Shown here: positions 7,711 to 16,499 of the stretch, piece after piece
How positions within the stretch are numbered: the stretch's first letter is position 1
How the letters are laid out: each line of letters starts with the position of its first letter
Virus record (IMG/VR): IMGVR_UViG_3300017917_001903
Location: 1-64,000 of that record
Strand: one strand, 5' to 3'
From: a virus
Length of the DNA stretch: 64,000 nt
Program-made: the position numbers and the translations under genes
The notes under the pieces: generated by a model
What the model saw: only the letters and a program-made list of their open reading frames with translations
Told to the model about the DNA's origin: nothing
Databases searched by the model: none

Positions 7711-7786
7711 TGGTTGCGGGAGAAGGATTTGAACCTCCGACCTTTAGCTTATGAGGCTAACGAGCTGCCGACTGCTCTATCCCGCG
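7711..7786 (-). tRNA. tRNA-fMet(CAT), initiator type
   Basis: CGCGGG 5' end, C1:A72 mismatch. Confidence 0.85.
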
Positions 7787-7794
7787 ATAATATA

Positions 7795-7879
7795 TGGTGC
7801 CCTAGGAGAGACTCGAACTCTCACGATTTTACTCGCTGGAACCTAAATCCAGTGCGTCTACCAATTTCGCCACCAGGGC
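7795..7879 (-). tRNA. tRNA-Leu(TAG)
   Basis: cloverleaf with variable arm, CCA. Confidence 0.95.
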
Positions 7880-7908
7880 CTAACTTTATTTAGTATAGTT
7901 TTAATCTA

Positions 7909-7985
7909 TGGTGTCAGAAGGTGGACTCGAACCACCGACCTCTCCCTTATCAGGGGAGTGCTCTAACCAACTGAGCTATACTGAC
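7909..7985 (-). tRNA. tRNA-Ile(GAT)
   Basis: cloverleaf, encoded CCA. Confidence 0.95.
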
Positions 7986-7990
7986 AAATA

Positions 7991-8066
7991 TGGTGGAGAT
8001 GGACGGGATCGAACCGACGACATTTAGCTTGCAAAGCTAACGCTCTCCCAACTGAGCTACATCCCC
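7991..8066 (-). tRNA. tRNA-Ala(TGC)
   Basis: cloverleaf, G3:U70. Confidence 0.95.
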
Positions 8067-8073
8067 TTAAACT

Positions 8074-8151
8074 TGGAGCGGGTAGGGAGAGTCGAACTCC
8101 GCGATCTTCAGCTTGGAAGGCTGCTGGACGCCCCTTGTCCTGTCTACCCGC
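8074..8151 (-). tRNA. tRNA-Gly(TCC), atypical 8/4 fold
   Basis: CTTCCAA loop, U73-CCA, 8-bp acceptor and 4-bp T stem. Confidence 0.8.
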
Positions 8152-8155
8152 GTAT

Positions 8156-8242
8156 TGGTGGGTGAGGATGGATTCGAACCAACTCAGCCGTAAGACAACA
8201 GATTTACAGTCTGCCGCGACTCTCCAACTTCGCCGCTCACCC
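8156..8242 (-). tRNA. tRNA-Tyr(GTA)
   Basis: cloverleaf with variable arm, CCA. Confidence 0.9.
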
Positions 8243-8263
8243 AATACAAAATTTTTAAACTAT

Positions 8264-8426
8264 CCATGTTATAGTAAAGTATTGTCCGCATGCAAATTTT
8301 TCAGTCGATTGCAGTCGTGATAAGCCATTGCAAGAGTTATATCAGGACTGAGAGATGGCCCTACCCAGCCCGCCTAGTGTATGCGTCCATACACGCTACC
8401 TCTGACAATACTTTACTATAACATGG
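8264..8426 (-). ncRNA. structured RNA enclosed by a perfect 23-bp inverted repeat
   Basis: 8264-8286 is the exact reverse complement of 8404-8426. Confidence 0.6.
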
Positions 8427-8499
8427 TACACCGTACGGGAATCGAACCCGTCTTTCCGCCTTGAAAGGGCAGTGTCCTAAACCGATAGACGAACGGTGC
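8424..8499 (-). tRNA. tRNA-Glu(TTC)
   Basis: cloverleaf, encoded CCA. Confidence 0.95.
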
Positions 8500-8520
8500 A
8501 CAGTTATTTTAAATCCACAA

Positions 8521-8532
8521 TGTTAAAGAGCA
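8521..8532 (-). promoter_or_regulatory. rrn-type boxA antitermination site
   Basis: exact TGCTCTTTAACA between promoter and first tRNA. Confidence 0.8.
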
Positions 8533-8558
8533 AGTGCCAAAACAGCACAACAAAACAA

Positions 8559-8587
8559 AGTATATTACACTTTGCTCTGCTTGTCAA
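8559..8587 (-). promoter_or_regulatory. sigma70 promoter of the tRNA array
   Basis: TTGACA-N17-TATACT. Confidence 0.8.
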
Positions 8588-8701
8588 GTTCTTTTTTGTG
8601 GAACTTAACAGCACTATTTTGACCCGGAACCAAAAACTGGTCCCTTCATATACTGTACTTGACAGTATATGACAAAGGAATCATGCTGTCAAGTGATTTG
8701 T

Positions 8702-8878
8702 TTAGTCTCGAAACTCGTCGTCAGTGTTGCGAAAATGCGACGGCTTAATATTTTTTGCCGAGACGCGACTGTTGGGGCTATAGTCGCCCTGTCGCTTATC
8801 GAGTTCTTCCCAATAGGCTTCCTCGATATTCTCGTCGTCCAAATCTTCAAAATTATATTGATTTTTCAGATTCTTCAT
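8702..8878 (-). CDS. 58-aa acidic hypothetical protein, not in ORF track
   Basis: MKNLKNQYNFEDLDDE..., AAGGT RBS. Confidence 0.55.
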   Translation of the reverse strand: MKNLKNQYNFEDLDDENIEEAYWEELDKRQGDYSPNSRVSAKNIKPSHFRNTDDEFRD

Positions 8879-8944
8879 AATATTACCTTTTCAAGACCTC
8901 CAAGTGGTATATGATCATTTATTTATCAAACTTATAAAAACCCT

Positions 8945-9250
8945 TTAGAAAAAGTGTGCATTTTCTAACGAGTCTTTACTTATTGATTGTAGCGGAAATT
9001 TTCCAAATGTCAACTTAAACATAGCCAAGTCGCTGGCATTGTCAAAATCTGCTGTAATAGCCAGACGTAAACTATACGTAGAAATATCTTCGTTTATGTG
9101 CTTTTCAAAAGACACATTGATATCGTTCTCTGCGGTCCATTGCCAGTATGGTGCAAGTGTGTTCTGAATTGCGTGGTCGTAGATGTGGCTGTAGTCAGCA
9201 TCATCAGTTATTGCAGTTTTTATAATAACCAGTCTATTCATAAACATCAA
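8945..9250 (-). CDS. hypothetical protein
   Basis: ORF coupled to upstream gene. Confidence 0.7.
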   Translation of the reverse strand: MMFMNRLVIIKTAITDDADYSHIYDHAIQNTLAPYWQWTAENDINVSFEKHINEDISTYSLRLAITADFDNASDLAMFKLTFGKFPLQSISKDSLENAHFF

Positions 9251-10190
9251 TTCCTGTTACATGAGGATACTTTGATAAGTTGTTATAGTAGTACTCAAAT
9301 GGTTTTGGATCAATCAAACCAATTCGGGCGCGACCCAATCTATAGCGCGGGGCCGTAAAATCATATCCATATTGGTCAGCTTTTACATCCATACACCATT
9401 GATAGTACCTTTTATAAAGTTTACCTTGGTTGGCTGCACCATCGTCTTTTAAATAGTTTACACGACTAAGTTCAAAAAAGCAAGCACCTGATATGTAGCT
9501 CTGTTGTTTAACTTCACGACTTGTGACTAATATGCGATCATCAGTGAAAAACGCTGTACCTAGATCCTTGCCCACCGTCCAAAAGTCACTATACAAGTGA
9601 CCATCTATATAGTTGGTTTGGAAACGCATGTAATCTTCATCATCGCATTCTGGAAACTGTATGCCTCCGTTATTGCGCACGACATAAAATTCTTTTTGAT
9701 CGTCACCAAACAAATGTTCGTTTTCGCAGGTGTGTACTAGTTTGTTTAACCGCTCAAGTGCAATCAGAAAGTCTGGCGTAGCAGTATCATTGGCTTGATG
9801 CTCGTACAACCTGTTTTCAAAAGCAAAATGAATAGCATTTAAACGCCTGTGCATTTCATCTATATCCATACTACTGTCTACAAAGTATTCAGGACCAAAT
9901 TGCACATAGCCATGTTGGTTACAATAGTTCAACTCGGCATTTAAATCAGCAATGACTTCATCTAGCACCAAGCCCGACTTGTATTTGTTCCATCGAATAA
10001 AACTTGCACGAGCAGGATCCTTTAATGCCAATACATTGTTGTAAAACTTGTCAGATGTACTATTATCCAACAAGGTCCACTCAATGGAAAACTCTCCAGT
10101 TTTATATTCTGGTTGCATTAGCAGACTAGTGCCATTAGCATCAGTTTCTCCAGCTGGACTACTGCCGAAATGTACTACACATTTTCTCAT
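9234..10190 (-). CDS. hypothetical protein, paralog A
   Basis: extensive identity with the adjacent gene. Confidence 0.85.
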   Translation of the reverse strand: MRKCVVHFGSSPAGETDANGTSLLMQPEYKTGEFSIEWTLLDNSTSDKFYNNVLALKDPARASFIRWNKYKSGLVLDEVIADLNAELNYCNQHGYVQFGPEYFVDSSMDIDEMHRRLNAIHFAFENRLYEHQANDTATPDFLIALERLNKLVHTCENEHLFGDDQKEFYVVRNNGGIQFPECDDEDYMRFQTNYIDGHLYSDFWTVGKDLGTAFFTDDRILVTSREVKQQSYISGACFFELSRVNYLKDDGAANQGKLYKRYYQWCMDVKADQYGYDFTAPRYRLGRARIGLIDPKPFEYYYNNLSKYPHVTGIDVYE

Positions 10191-11131
10191 TCTTCAAACA
10201 CCTCTATGTTACAAACATGAGGATACTTTTTTAAATTTGAAATAAAATAATCTAAAGGTTGGTCCTCAATGACTCCCAAGCAGACGCGACCTAAGCGATA
10301 CCTAGGTTCTGTGTATGCATATCCTTTATCATGCGCACCTGCATTAAAACACCATGTATAATAATCTTTATAAAGTTCATTATACTCATGCTCGCTGACA
10401 GTCTGCAAATATGTTTCTGGGTTGAACTCTATGCACACTGATCCTGAAATGTAACTTTGCTGTTTTACTTCTTGCCGATTTACTAACTCAACATCGTTGG
10501 TATAAAAGGCTGTGCCTAGGTCCTTGCCTACAGTAAAGAAGTCTGCAAACAAATTACCATTGTTGTAGATAACTTCAAATCGATTATAGTCATCGTCATC
10601 GCAATGTGGATACTCGTCAAGCCCACTGTCACGAACCACATAAAATAGTTGGTTGGTTAAATGGTCACCTTCGCAGGCATGCACCAACTTATTTAGACGT
10701 TCTAGGCTGACTAAAAAGTCTTCAGTGGCGGTGCCGTTGGCTTGATGTTTATACAGCTCTGATTCAAATGCAAAATGAATTGCGTTCAATCTACGATGAC
10801 GTTCGTCCCAGTCCTGTGCTGGATACACATAAAAATCGTCTGTGAAATTAACGTAGCCTTTGTCGCGACAGTAATCCAGCTCAGAGTTCAACTGCTCTGC
10901 TGTGCGATCAAACTGCCCAGCTGACTCGTATTTGTTCCAATTAATGAAACGATTAGGTAGTGTCTTTTGTTGCTGTATTGTGCGATAAAACTTGTCGCTG
11001 GTACTGTTATCGTATAGCGTCCAAGTTATGGCAAATTCGCCTACAGGGAATTCAGTCAAGGTACAAGTCCCGTTAGGGTCAATCTTCCCCACGGGACTTG
11101 CAGTAAAGTGTATCCTACATTTTTTTGGCAT
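10187..11131 (-). CDS. hypothetical protein, paralog B
   Basis: shares RRLNAIHFAFE, TVGKDLGTAF, VKQQSYISG with paralog A. Confidence 0.85.
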   Translation of the reverse strand: MPKKCRIHFTASPVGKIDPNGTCTLTEFPVGEFAITWTLYDNSTSDKFYRTIQQQKTLPNRFINWNKYESAGQFDRTAEQLNSELDYCRDKGYVNFTDDFYVYPAQDWDERHRRLNAIHFAFESELYKHQANGTATEDFLVSLERLNKLVHACEGDHLTNQLFYVVRDSGLDEYPHCDDDDYNRFEVIYNNGNLFADFFTVGKDLGTAFYTNDVELVNRQEVKQQSYISGSVCIEFNPETYLQTVSEHEYNELYKDYYTWCFNAGAHDKGYAYTEPRYRLGRVCLGVIEDQPLDYFISNLKKYPHVCNIEVFEE

Positions 11132-11148
11132 ACACCTATTTAAACTGG

Positions 11149-11454
11149 TTACACCAGCTCAAGCATGTTTCCAGGCACACGCCAGTTAGTGCCAAAGATG
11201 CTGTTGCCATTTGGCTGTTCCTTAACAATAATAAACTTACGATTGATCTTAGTCACTTCGCCAATAACCATACGGCCCTGGCGACCTACAAACTTAACCT
11301 TACTGCCCACAGCCATCTCACGCTTGTTAGCCTTGAGAATCTGATTGCGTCGGTAGGTAATTGCGGCACCAATTGAGCGCAACTGCTCGTCAGTGAAATC
11401 GCCAAACATGATAGCGGTGTTAACGTCATTAATAGAAATATTAGTCATTGTCAT
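11149..11454 (-). CDS. hypothetical early protein (SH3/KOW-like C-terminus)
   Basis: GGAG RBS; VGSKVKFVGRQG...GEVTKINRK. Confidence 0.75.
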   Translation of the reverse strand: MTMTNISINDVNTAIMFGDFTDEQLRSIGAAITYRRNQILKANKREMAVGSKVKFVGRQGRMVIGEVTKINRKFIIVKEQPNGNSIFGTNWRVPGNMLELV

Positions 11455-11463
11455 TTCTCCTAA

Positions 11464-11814
11464 TTAGGCAACCAACTGGTAGGGCTTGTTCCACTGCCCA
11501 ACATTAATGTCAACATAGTAAGCGGTATTGAAGTAGTCGGTCATTGCGTCTGACTCGTCATACCAATCTGCACTCTTGAGCTCTTTGATAGCCTGCACAA
11601 GGAACTCCTTGGCCTTGCCCTCATAATGCTCATGAGCCCAGTAGGTATTGACCTGAATGCGATCACCACCGAAGTCAATTTTACCGCTTTTGAGATTCAG
11701 CACAATGGTGCTGTGATTGCGAACTGCTAGCGAACCCTTGAGTCCGTACTTCTTCAGCAACGGCTTGATACGGGTTGCAATTTTCGCCTTCTTTTCCTGA
11801 TTCATGTAAGCCAT
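11464..11814 (-). CDS. hypothetical early phage protein
   Basis: AAGGAG RBS behind early promoter; DESDAMTDYF motif. Confidence 0.8.
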   Translation of the reverse strand: MAYMNQEKKAKIATRIKPLLKKYGLKGSLAVRNHSTIVLNLKSGKIDFGGDRIQVNTYWAHEHYEGKAKEFLVQAIKELKSADWYDESDAMTDYFNTAYYVDINVGQWNKPYQLVA

Positions 11815-11846
11815 TTATCGCTCCTTATTTCTCATCCTACATATGT

Positions 11847-11876
11847 AGTATAGCATAAGGACAGAAAAGGTCAACC
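11847..11876 (-). promoter_or_regulatory. early promoter
   Basis: TTGACC...TGCTATACT; near-identical copies near 41.2 and 45.5 kb. Confidence 0.75.
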
Positions 11877-12051
11877 ACTTTTTTTGGTCTTTTTAGGGGT
11901 AAAAATGTTGTTAAAAAACAACAACTTACACGCCCGTGAGCAGTTTATAGCCCCAAAGTAGGGCAACAATTATGCAGAAAAGCACCAATCTGCCCAGGGC
12001 GGTTGTAAGGATAAACTCTGCAAAACGCTCAAACATGGTTATTCCCATCTA

Positions 12052-12453
12052 TTATCTAATACGATAGTTGAGGTGATTAAAACATTTAATATTAACAGGG
12101 GTAGATTTATTACAGCGATATAAATTATGTATATAATTAAGATTGAGGTTATCGGTAACTACAGCACGGTTTTTTGTAACAGTACCGTTATATCTGATAT
12201 TCCCGTGTTCAGTATAAACTATTGCAGTAAATCCTCGGTCGTTGACATTTATACTATTTAATTTAAACCTAGTACACCCGCCTTCGCAGATTAAAATCTC
12301 CCCTCGGAGACCGTTGCTAAAATCAAATAAGAAACTGAGTCCGCTACGATCACCGGTAGTACCACTTACCTCAATATTTGAAAACTGAGTGGTCTGTGCC
12401 ACTGCTGGTGTTGCTACTAGTGCGAAGGCTAGCAAAAGATATTTCAGTCTCAT
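12052..12453 (-). CDS. secreted hypothetical protein
   Basis: signal-peptide-like N-terminus ending AVA-Q. Confidence 0.7.
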   Translation of the reverse strand: MRLKYLLLAFALVATPAVAQTTQFSNIEVSGTTGDRSGLSFLFDFSNGLRGEILICEGGCTRFKLNSINVNDRGFTAIVYTEHGNIRYNGTVTKNRAVVTDNLNLNYIHNLYRCNKSTPVNIKCFNHLNYRIR

Positions 12454-13232
12454 AACAAAAATAATTTTCTATCGCTGTTGTATTGTTCAAATAATATAGC
12501 ACACTCTTGGGCATGTGTCAACGGTACATGATTATCACCAATATTTTCTGACCTAATTGCCATATGCCAAAAAGGTAGGTCAATTGCTGCCGTAATTGCT
12601 TCAACTTCCAAACTGTCTAATCCTGGGTTCAAGACAAAACAACAAGGAATGTTCTTAAATTGCATGAGCTTGTTAAAGTACTTTAGCGCCATCAAATTTG
12701 ATCTAAAGATCCATCTTGGGCTAGCACTTTCGTAGAATTTTCGTGCATGCTCAACCATTGAAATATCACGCGGATTCTTGTTGAGAATAAAGTTTTTCAG
12801 CATGTCAGGATCGTGATGCATAAGCCAGTAGAAACTTTGCACATGCTCTAAACCAAACTTTGAAGCATACTCGGGTAGCAGATCCTTATAGGCTTCGGTG
12901 TTGTTTTTTTGTGTTTCCACCAGCAATTCTTTGTTTTTCAAAAAATCGTTCATGAACACACTTCGATCAAAAGGATTCACAGAATCTGTAGTGACTAAAC
13001 TTGCTACTTCTGATCTAAAGAAATCGGGGACTTGAAAAAATACAAATTTAAAATTGTAAGGCTCTTTATAATAAATTTCAAATTCTGAAACAATGTTAAG
13101 TGCATTAGCACCGGGGTGAGCAAAATGTTCTACGTTCCAATCATACTTTTGTGCCCAAAGGTCAACCCAGTGCAGATGCTCCGGATCAAACTTTGCAAAG
13201 CTATCACCTATAACAAGAATGTTAGACATCAA
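12450..13232 (-). CDS. SGNH-like protein
   Basis: IGDSF, PGA-N, DNH. Confidence 0.7.
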   Translation of the reverse strand: MMSNILVIGDSFAKFDPEHLHWVDLWAQKYDWNVEHFAHPGANALNIVSEFEIYYKEPYNFKFVFFQVPDFFRSEVASLVTTDSVNPFDRSVFMNDFLKNKELLVETQKNNTEAYKDLLPEYASKFGLEHVQSFYWLMHHDPDMLKNFILNKNPRDISMVEHARKFYESASPRWIFRSNLMALKYFNKLMQFKNIPCCFVLNPGLDSLEVEAITAAIDLPFWHMAIRSENIGDNHVPLTHAQECAILFEQYNSDRKLFLL

Positions 13233-14001
13233 TTCCGTTTCTTGCTAAAGCAGGCAATATTACCGAATGCATAAACTGTTGGTGCGCACTTGGGGTCGGA
13301 TGAAATCCATCTTCCAAAAATTCCGTTGGTAGTTTTCTACGAGTCCACTCGTACATACCTTCAAGATGTAATCTATTGTTTTGCCTTAGCATTGTTGCAA
13401 GATGATCAATGTGTATAGCTGATACAGATTTCTCAACACGATCCATTGTTTCTTGCATGTCATTGTTCATGGTCATCCAAAAATATTTAATGTTTTTAGA
13501 TTCGCAAAAACTTTGTACAGCAAGCATGTTCCACAGTGTGTTTTCTAGTTGTTGTAGCGAGTTATCGTAGTCAGTGTACCACCTGGCAATTGTAGGCTCA
13601 ACAAAGTTTGGATTGAACCAAATCCAACTTGGGGTGTTGCTATCTATGCAATTATTTGCATGATCAGTACCCTGAATAAACAACTTATTATCAGTGAGGT
13701 TCCGCATCACAGATGCAGTTAGTTTATTTGTTCTGTTGTCAGAGAGAAACGCTTTTCTTGCAAGCCCACTCCACATAACAATTAAAACAATTTCATCTGA
13801 AGGATAACGCTCTAATGCTTGTTGGCATGCAAAAATTGCACGTCGAGCAATTAGCTCATTTCCGGCACTGCCTGCACCGTAATTTAAATTGAATTCAGGT
13901 TTCTGATGTTCTTTTAAAAAGCCTGGCCAACACCTAGCTAGCGAAAACTCATCTAAGTGTTCGCTAAAACTACATCCTGTTGTTAGCAAGGCACGAATCA
14001 T
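13222..14001 (-). CDS. SGNH-like protein
   Basis: GCSFS, GSAGN, DGFHP. Confidence 0.75.
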   Translation of the reverse strand: MIRALLTTGCSFSEHLDEFSLARCWPGFLKEHQKPEFNLNYGAGSAGNELIARRAIFACQQALERYPSDEIVLIVMWSGLARKAFLSDNRTNKLTASVMRNLTDNKLFIQGTDHANNCIDSNTPSWIWFNPNFVEPTIARWYTDYDNSLQQLENTLWNMLAVQSFCESKNIKYFWMTMNNDMQETMDRVEKSVSAIHIDHLATMLRQNNRLHLEGMYEWTRRKLPTEFLEDGFHPTPSAHQQFMHSVILPALARNGIDV

Positions 14002-14008
14002 CTATTAT

Positions 14009-14443
14009 TTAACCACGTCGCATGCGCGAAATTTCTTGTGCTTGTTCGTCGTTAATAACCGGCACAGCATTGCTCTTGTGCATAGTGGCAATACCTTTAA
14101 TGAGTGTACCCGTATACTTCTGTGGTTCTTTCTTGGCTGTACTACTAGCAGTACCAAAGCCATTGCCGCTGGGATACATTTCTTTGTGCTGACGAATACG
14201 GTCCATTGTTTCGTCGTGCTTTACCTGTAAAGGCACAAACTTTGGCCTGTCCGTCTTTACACGACCATGTAGCGCATCCACATATTCATCAAAGGTAGGC
14301 TTGGCAAGACCTAGGCGTTTGTTCTGCTTGCACTTCTCACGCCAGCCTTCCATCCACCGATTCATCTGCGCCTGTGTAACCTTAGTCTTACGCTTACGAT
14401 AATTAGTAGTTGTAAGATACGGACCTACAAGATGCATCGACAT
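14009..14443 (-). CDS. conserved phage hypothetical protein
   Basis: YTGTLIKGIATMHKSNAVP motif. Confidence 0.8.
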   Translation of the reverse strand: MSMHLVGPYLTTTNYRKRKTKVTQAQMNRWMEGWREKCKQNKRLGLAKPTFDEYVDALHGRVKTDRPKFVPLQVKHDETMDRIRQHKEMYPSGNGFGTASSTAKKEPQKYTGTLIKGIATMHKSNAVPVINDEQAQEISRMRRG

Positions 14444-14448
14444 AGTAA

Positions 14449-14706
14449 TTAATCCTTGTGGCCAAGTTTACGAAATGCAATATCAGTCTGAGTACGCTTG
14501 AATTCTTGAATAGATTCGTACAGACCTCCCATTGACCAACACATGAACATTACCGAAACAGTACCTAATGCATAGGAGATTGTTTGTACTGTAATATACC
14601 CATTGTCAACAAAAAAGGATACAACAAAATACAGTACAACAGCAGGAACCAAAAGGACTACGCCTGTTGCAATACGCTTGATTTCTTTAACAATATCAAT
14701 GGTCAT
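14449..14706 (-). CDS. small membrane protein
   Basis: two hydrophobic segments. Confidence 0.65.
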   Translation of the reverse strand: MTIDIVKEIKRIATGVVLLVPAVVLYFVVSFFVDNGYITVQTISYALGTVSVMFMCWSMGGLYESIQEFKRTQTDIAFRKLGHKD

Positions 14707-14908
14707 TTTTTAAACCCCATTTAATTTTTAGCCAAATACGCTCATGAATATAATAGTCAATACTGAGTAAAATATGCAGTGCCGTTGCAAAGCCTGTGGC
14801 ACTACCAATATCACCAGTGAACATGTATGTCCATAAGATTGTGAACAGCCAAGCCGTAATTCTGTAGCTGATCATTCTAATTATAGTACGAGTATGTGTT
14901 TCTGTCAA
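14696..14908 (-). CDS. DUF2061-like small membrane protein
   Basis: ETHTRTI...SYRI...YYIHERIW. Confidence 0.7.
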   Translation of the reverse strand: MTETHTRTIIRMISYRITAWLFTILWTYMFTGDIGSATGFATALHILLSIDYYIHERIWLKIKWGLKNDH

Positions 14909-15177
14909 GACCTATCTCCAACTTTTCTTGTAATTGTATCTTCAAAACTTTTGGTACCAAAGGGATTTTGGTCATCACCGAATCTACTGCTACCTTCCGC
15001 TACAGCCATTTCCATATCCCATCTCCCAGGATAATGCCTGAGCAATCTACCGGCACGAACACGAATGTCTTTAGGTACACGTGGAGTCTTTTTTGGATCC
15101 ATTAAATCACGCAAAAAATCATAAGTGTAGTTAACTGCTCGTGTTCGCTCGCTAGGTATAGTCATTTTAAACTCCAA
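14905..15177 (-). CDS. conserved hypothetical protein
   Basis: TIPSERTRAV...TPRVP...LLRHYP. Confidence 0.75.
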   Translation of the reverse strand: MEFKMTIPSERTRAVNYTYDFLRDLMDPKKTPRVPKDIRVRAGRLLRHYPGRWDMEMAVAEGSSRFGDDQNPFGTKSFEDTITRKVGDRS

Positions 15178-15403
15178 AGTGTTGCTTTATAGCATCCTTG
15201 CTTTTACGAATAGTTGCTTTAAACTGGCCTTCGTCAAATGTAGTATACACATGAGTAGTATTTGTATTCTCAATAGCAATGTAACATTCGTTGATAATAA
15301 GATTTGCTAGCCGGTGTGCTTGCTCGATGCTGATCCATTTACCACTACTGTCTGTGCCAGCTTGTTTAATTAATGCGTCAATTTTGTTCATCATAGTCCT
15401 CAT
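15167..15403 (-). CDS. hypothetical protein
   Basis: ORF in tightly packed run. Confidence 0.65.
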   Translation of the reverse strand: MRTMMNKIDALIKQAGTDSSGKWISIEQAHRLANLIINECYIAIENTNTTHVYTTFDEGQFKATIRKSKDAIKQHFGV

Positions 15404-15851
15404 CGGTTTCGGTAATATCCTGACCTTCTAGGTACTGATTGTAACGCTTCTTAATCAAGTGTACTAGCTTGCGATCACGATATGGATATACGTCAGGTAG
15501 TTTGAGATTAACCACAGTCTTGCGAGTTAACCCAATATCCATTAACAAATTTTTAACTGTGATCTCATGCTCAGTATCGGCGCATACAATCTCATCTGCC
15601 CATTCGAGCAGTACCTGATCAATGAGATTAAGTGCATAGCTTTCGTCAATACCTACACTGCGAGTATTGTAATTATAAGGCTCGGCTGCTAGTGTATGAG
15701 CGATGGTAGGACTGCGAAGCAATCCGCCACTGCATACTGCTAGTACACGCTTGTATTTGCCTTGATATTTGTTTGACGCATTACCGATGCGTTCGCGTTG
15801 CCAGTAGCTGTCTGGCAGTTTATCATATGATGAAGTGTATGGTGAGTTCAT
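15378..15851 (-). CDS. low-molecular-weight protein tyrosine phosphatase-like
   Basis: CSGGLLRS (CX5RS), WADEI. Confidence 0.8.
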   Translation of the reverse strand: MNSPYTSSYDKLPDSYWQRERIGNASNKYQGKYKRVLAVCSGGLLRSPTIAHTLAAEPYNYNTRSVGIDESYALNLIDQVLLEWADEIVCADTEHEITVKNLLMDIGLTRKTVVNLKLPDVYPYRDRKLVHLIKKRYNQYLEGQDITETDEDYDEQN

Positions 15852-15852
15852 T

Positions 15853-16044
15853 TTACCAATGGTGAATTACGTTTGCAATAATAAAGAAGCAGGTTACAAT
15901 ATGTATTACAACCCAAAAGGTTTTGAGAAACAATGCTATTCGCGCTTCCCTTACTGTGAGAATAGGAACATCGGGTCTGTCATCGTCTGTGTGTCCCATT
16001 AAATGTCCAGTTGCTCTGGCCCAGATTTTTTCTAAACTGTTCAT
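15853..16044 (-). CDS. small membrane protein
   Basis: MNSLEKIWARA..., hydrophobic C-terminus. Confidence 0.65.
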   Translation of the reverse strand: MNSLEKIWARATGHLMGHTDDDRPDVPILTVREARIALFLKTFWVVIHIVTCFFIIANVIHHW

Positions 16045-16045
16045 T

Positions 16046-16468
16046 TTATCCTTTATAACGTTCTGCAATATATTGATCGTGCCGCTTCCATATACCCTTA
16101 TCAATGAAGCCCCATTCGCGTACAGTAGGGCCAGGAATGAACAGCGTCCATGTATCTACGCCTGGCTCTAATTCAACGCGGTGCAGTGATGTTGAACGAG
16201 CCCAATTGATTGTGCCAGCACCTCGCCAAAACTTGCCTTTAGGTGTGTGTTCCCAATATCCACCTCTGAGAATAATGGTAACAAATGGCCACGGATGATC
16301 GTGTAAATCATCAGGGTCGCTTTTGTGAAAGTTATGTAAAAAGATATTAAATGGAAACCACTTACGATCTTTTAGAAATAGATAGTAGCGTGTCAAGTAA
16401 GGTTCTTGACTTTCTCTATCTAAAATAACACGTTTGCGTCCAATACGCTCTAAGAGTTTTAGCATCAT
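16046..16468 (-). CDS. cupin-like protein
   Basis: LHDHPW...GGYWE...HRVEL. Confidence 0.75.
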   Translation of the reverse strand: MMLKLLERIGRKRVILDRESQEPYLTRYYLFLKDRKWFPFNIFLHNFHKSDPDDLHDHPWPFVTIILRGGYWEHTPKGKFWRGAGTINWARSTSLHRVELEPGVDTWTLFIPGPTVREWGFIDKGIWKRHDQYIAERYKG

Positions 16469-16499
16469 ACAGCAAGTATAACATCTTTTAAACCTGATG

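Noticed and set aside
3124-8320. Track ORFs over tRNAs (3124-3762, 3805-4074, 4955-5161, 7370-7699, 7963-8244, 8135-8320)
   Set aside because: Chance frames across GC-rich tRNA genes or antisense to real genes.
8264-8426. Retron msr-msd interpretation of the 23-bp inverted repeat
   Set aside because: No reverse transcriptase gene in the window, and the element sits inside a tRNA array.
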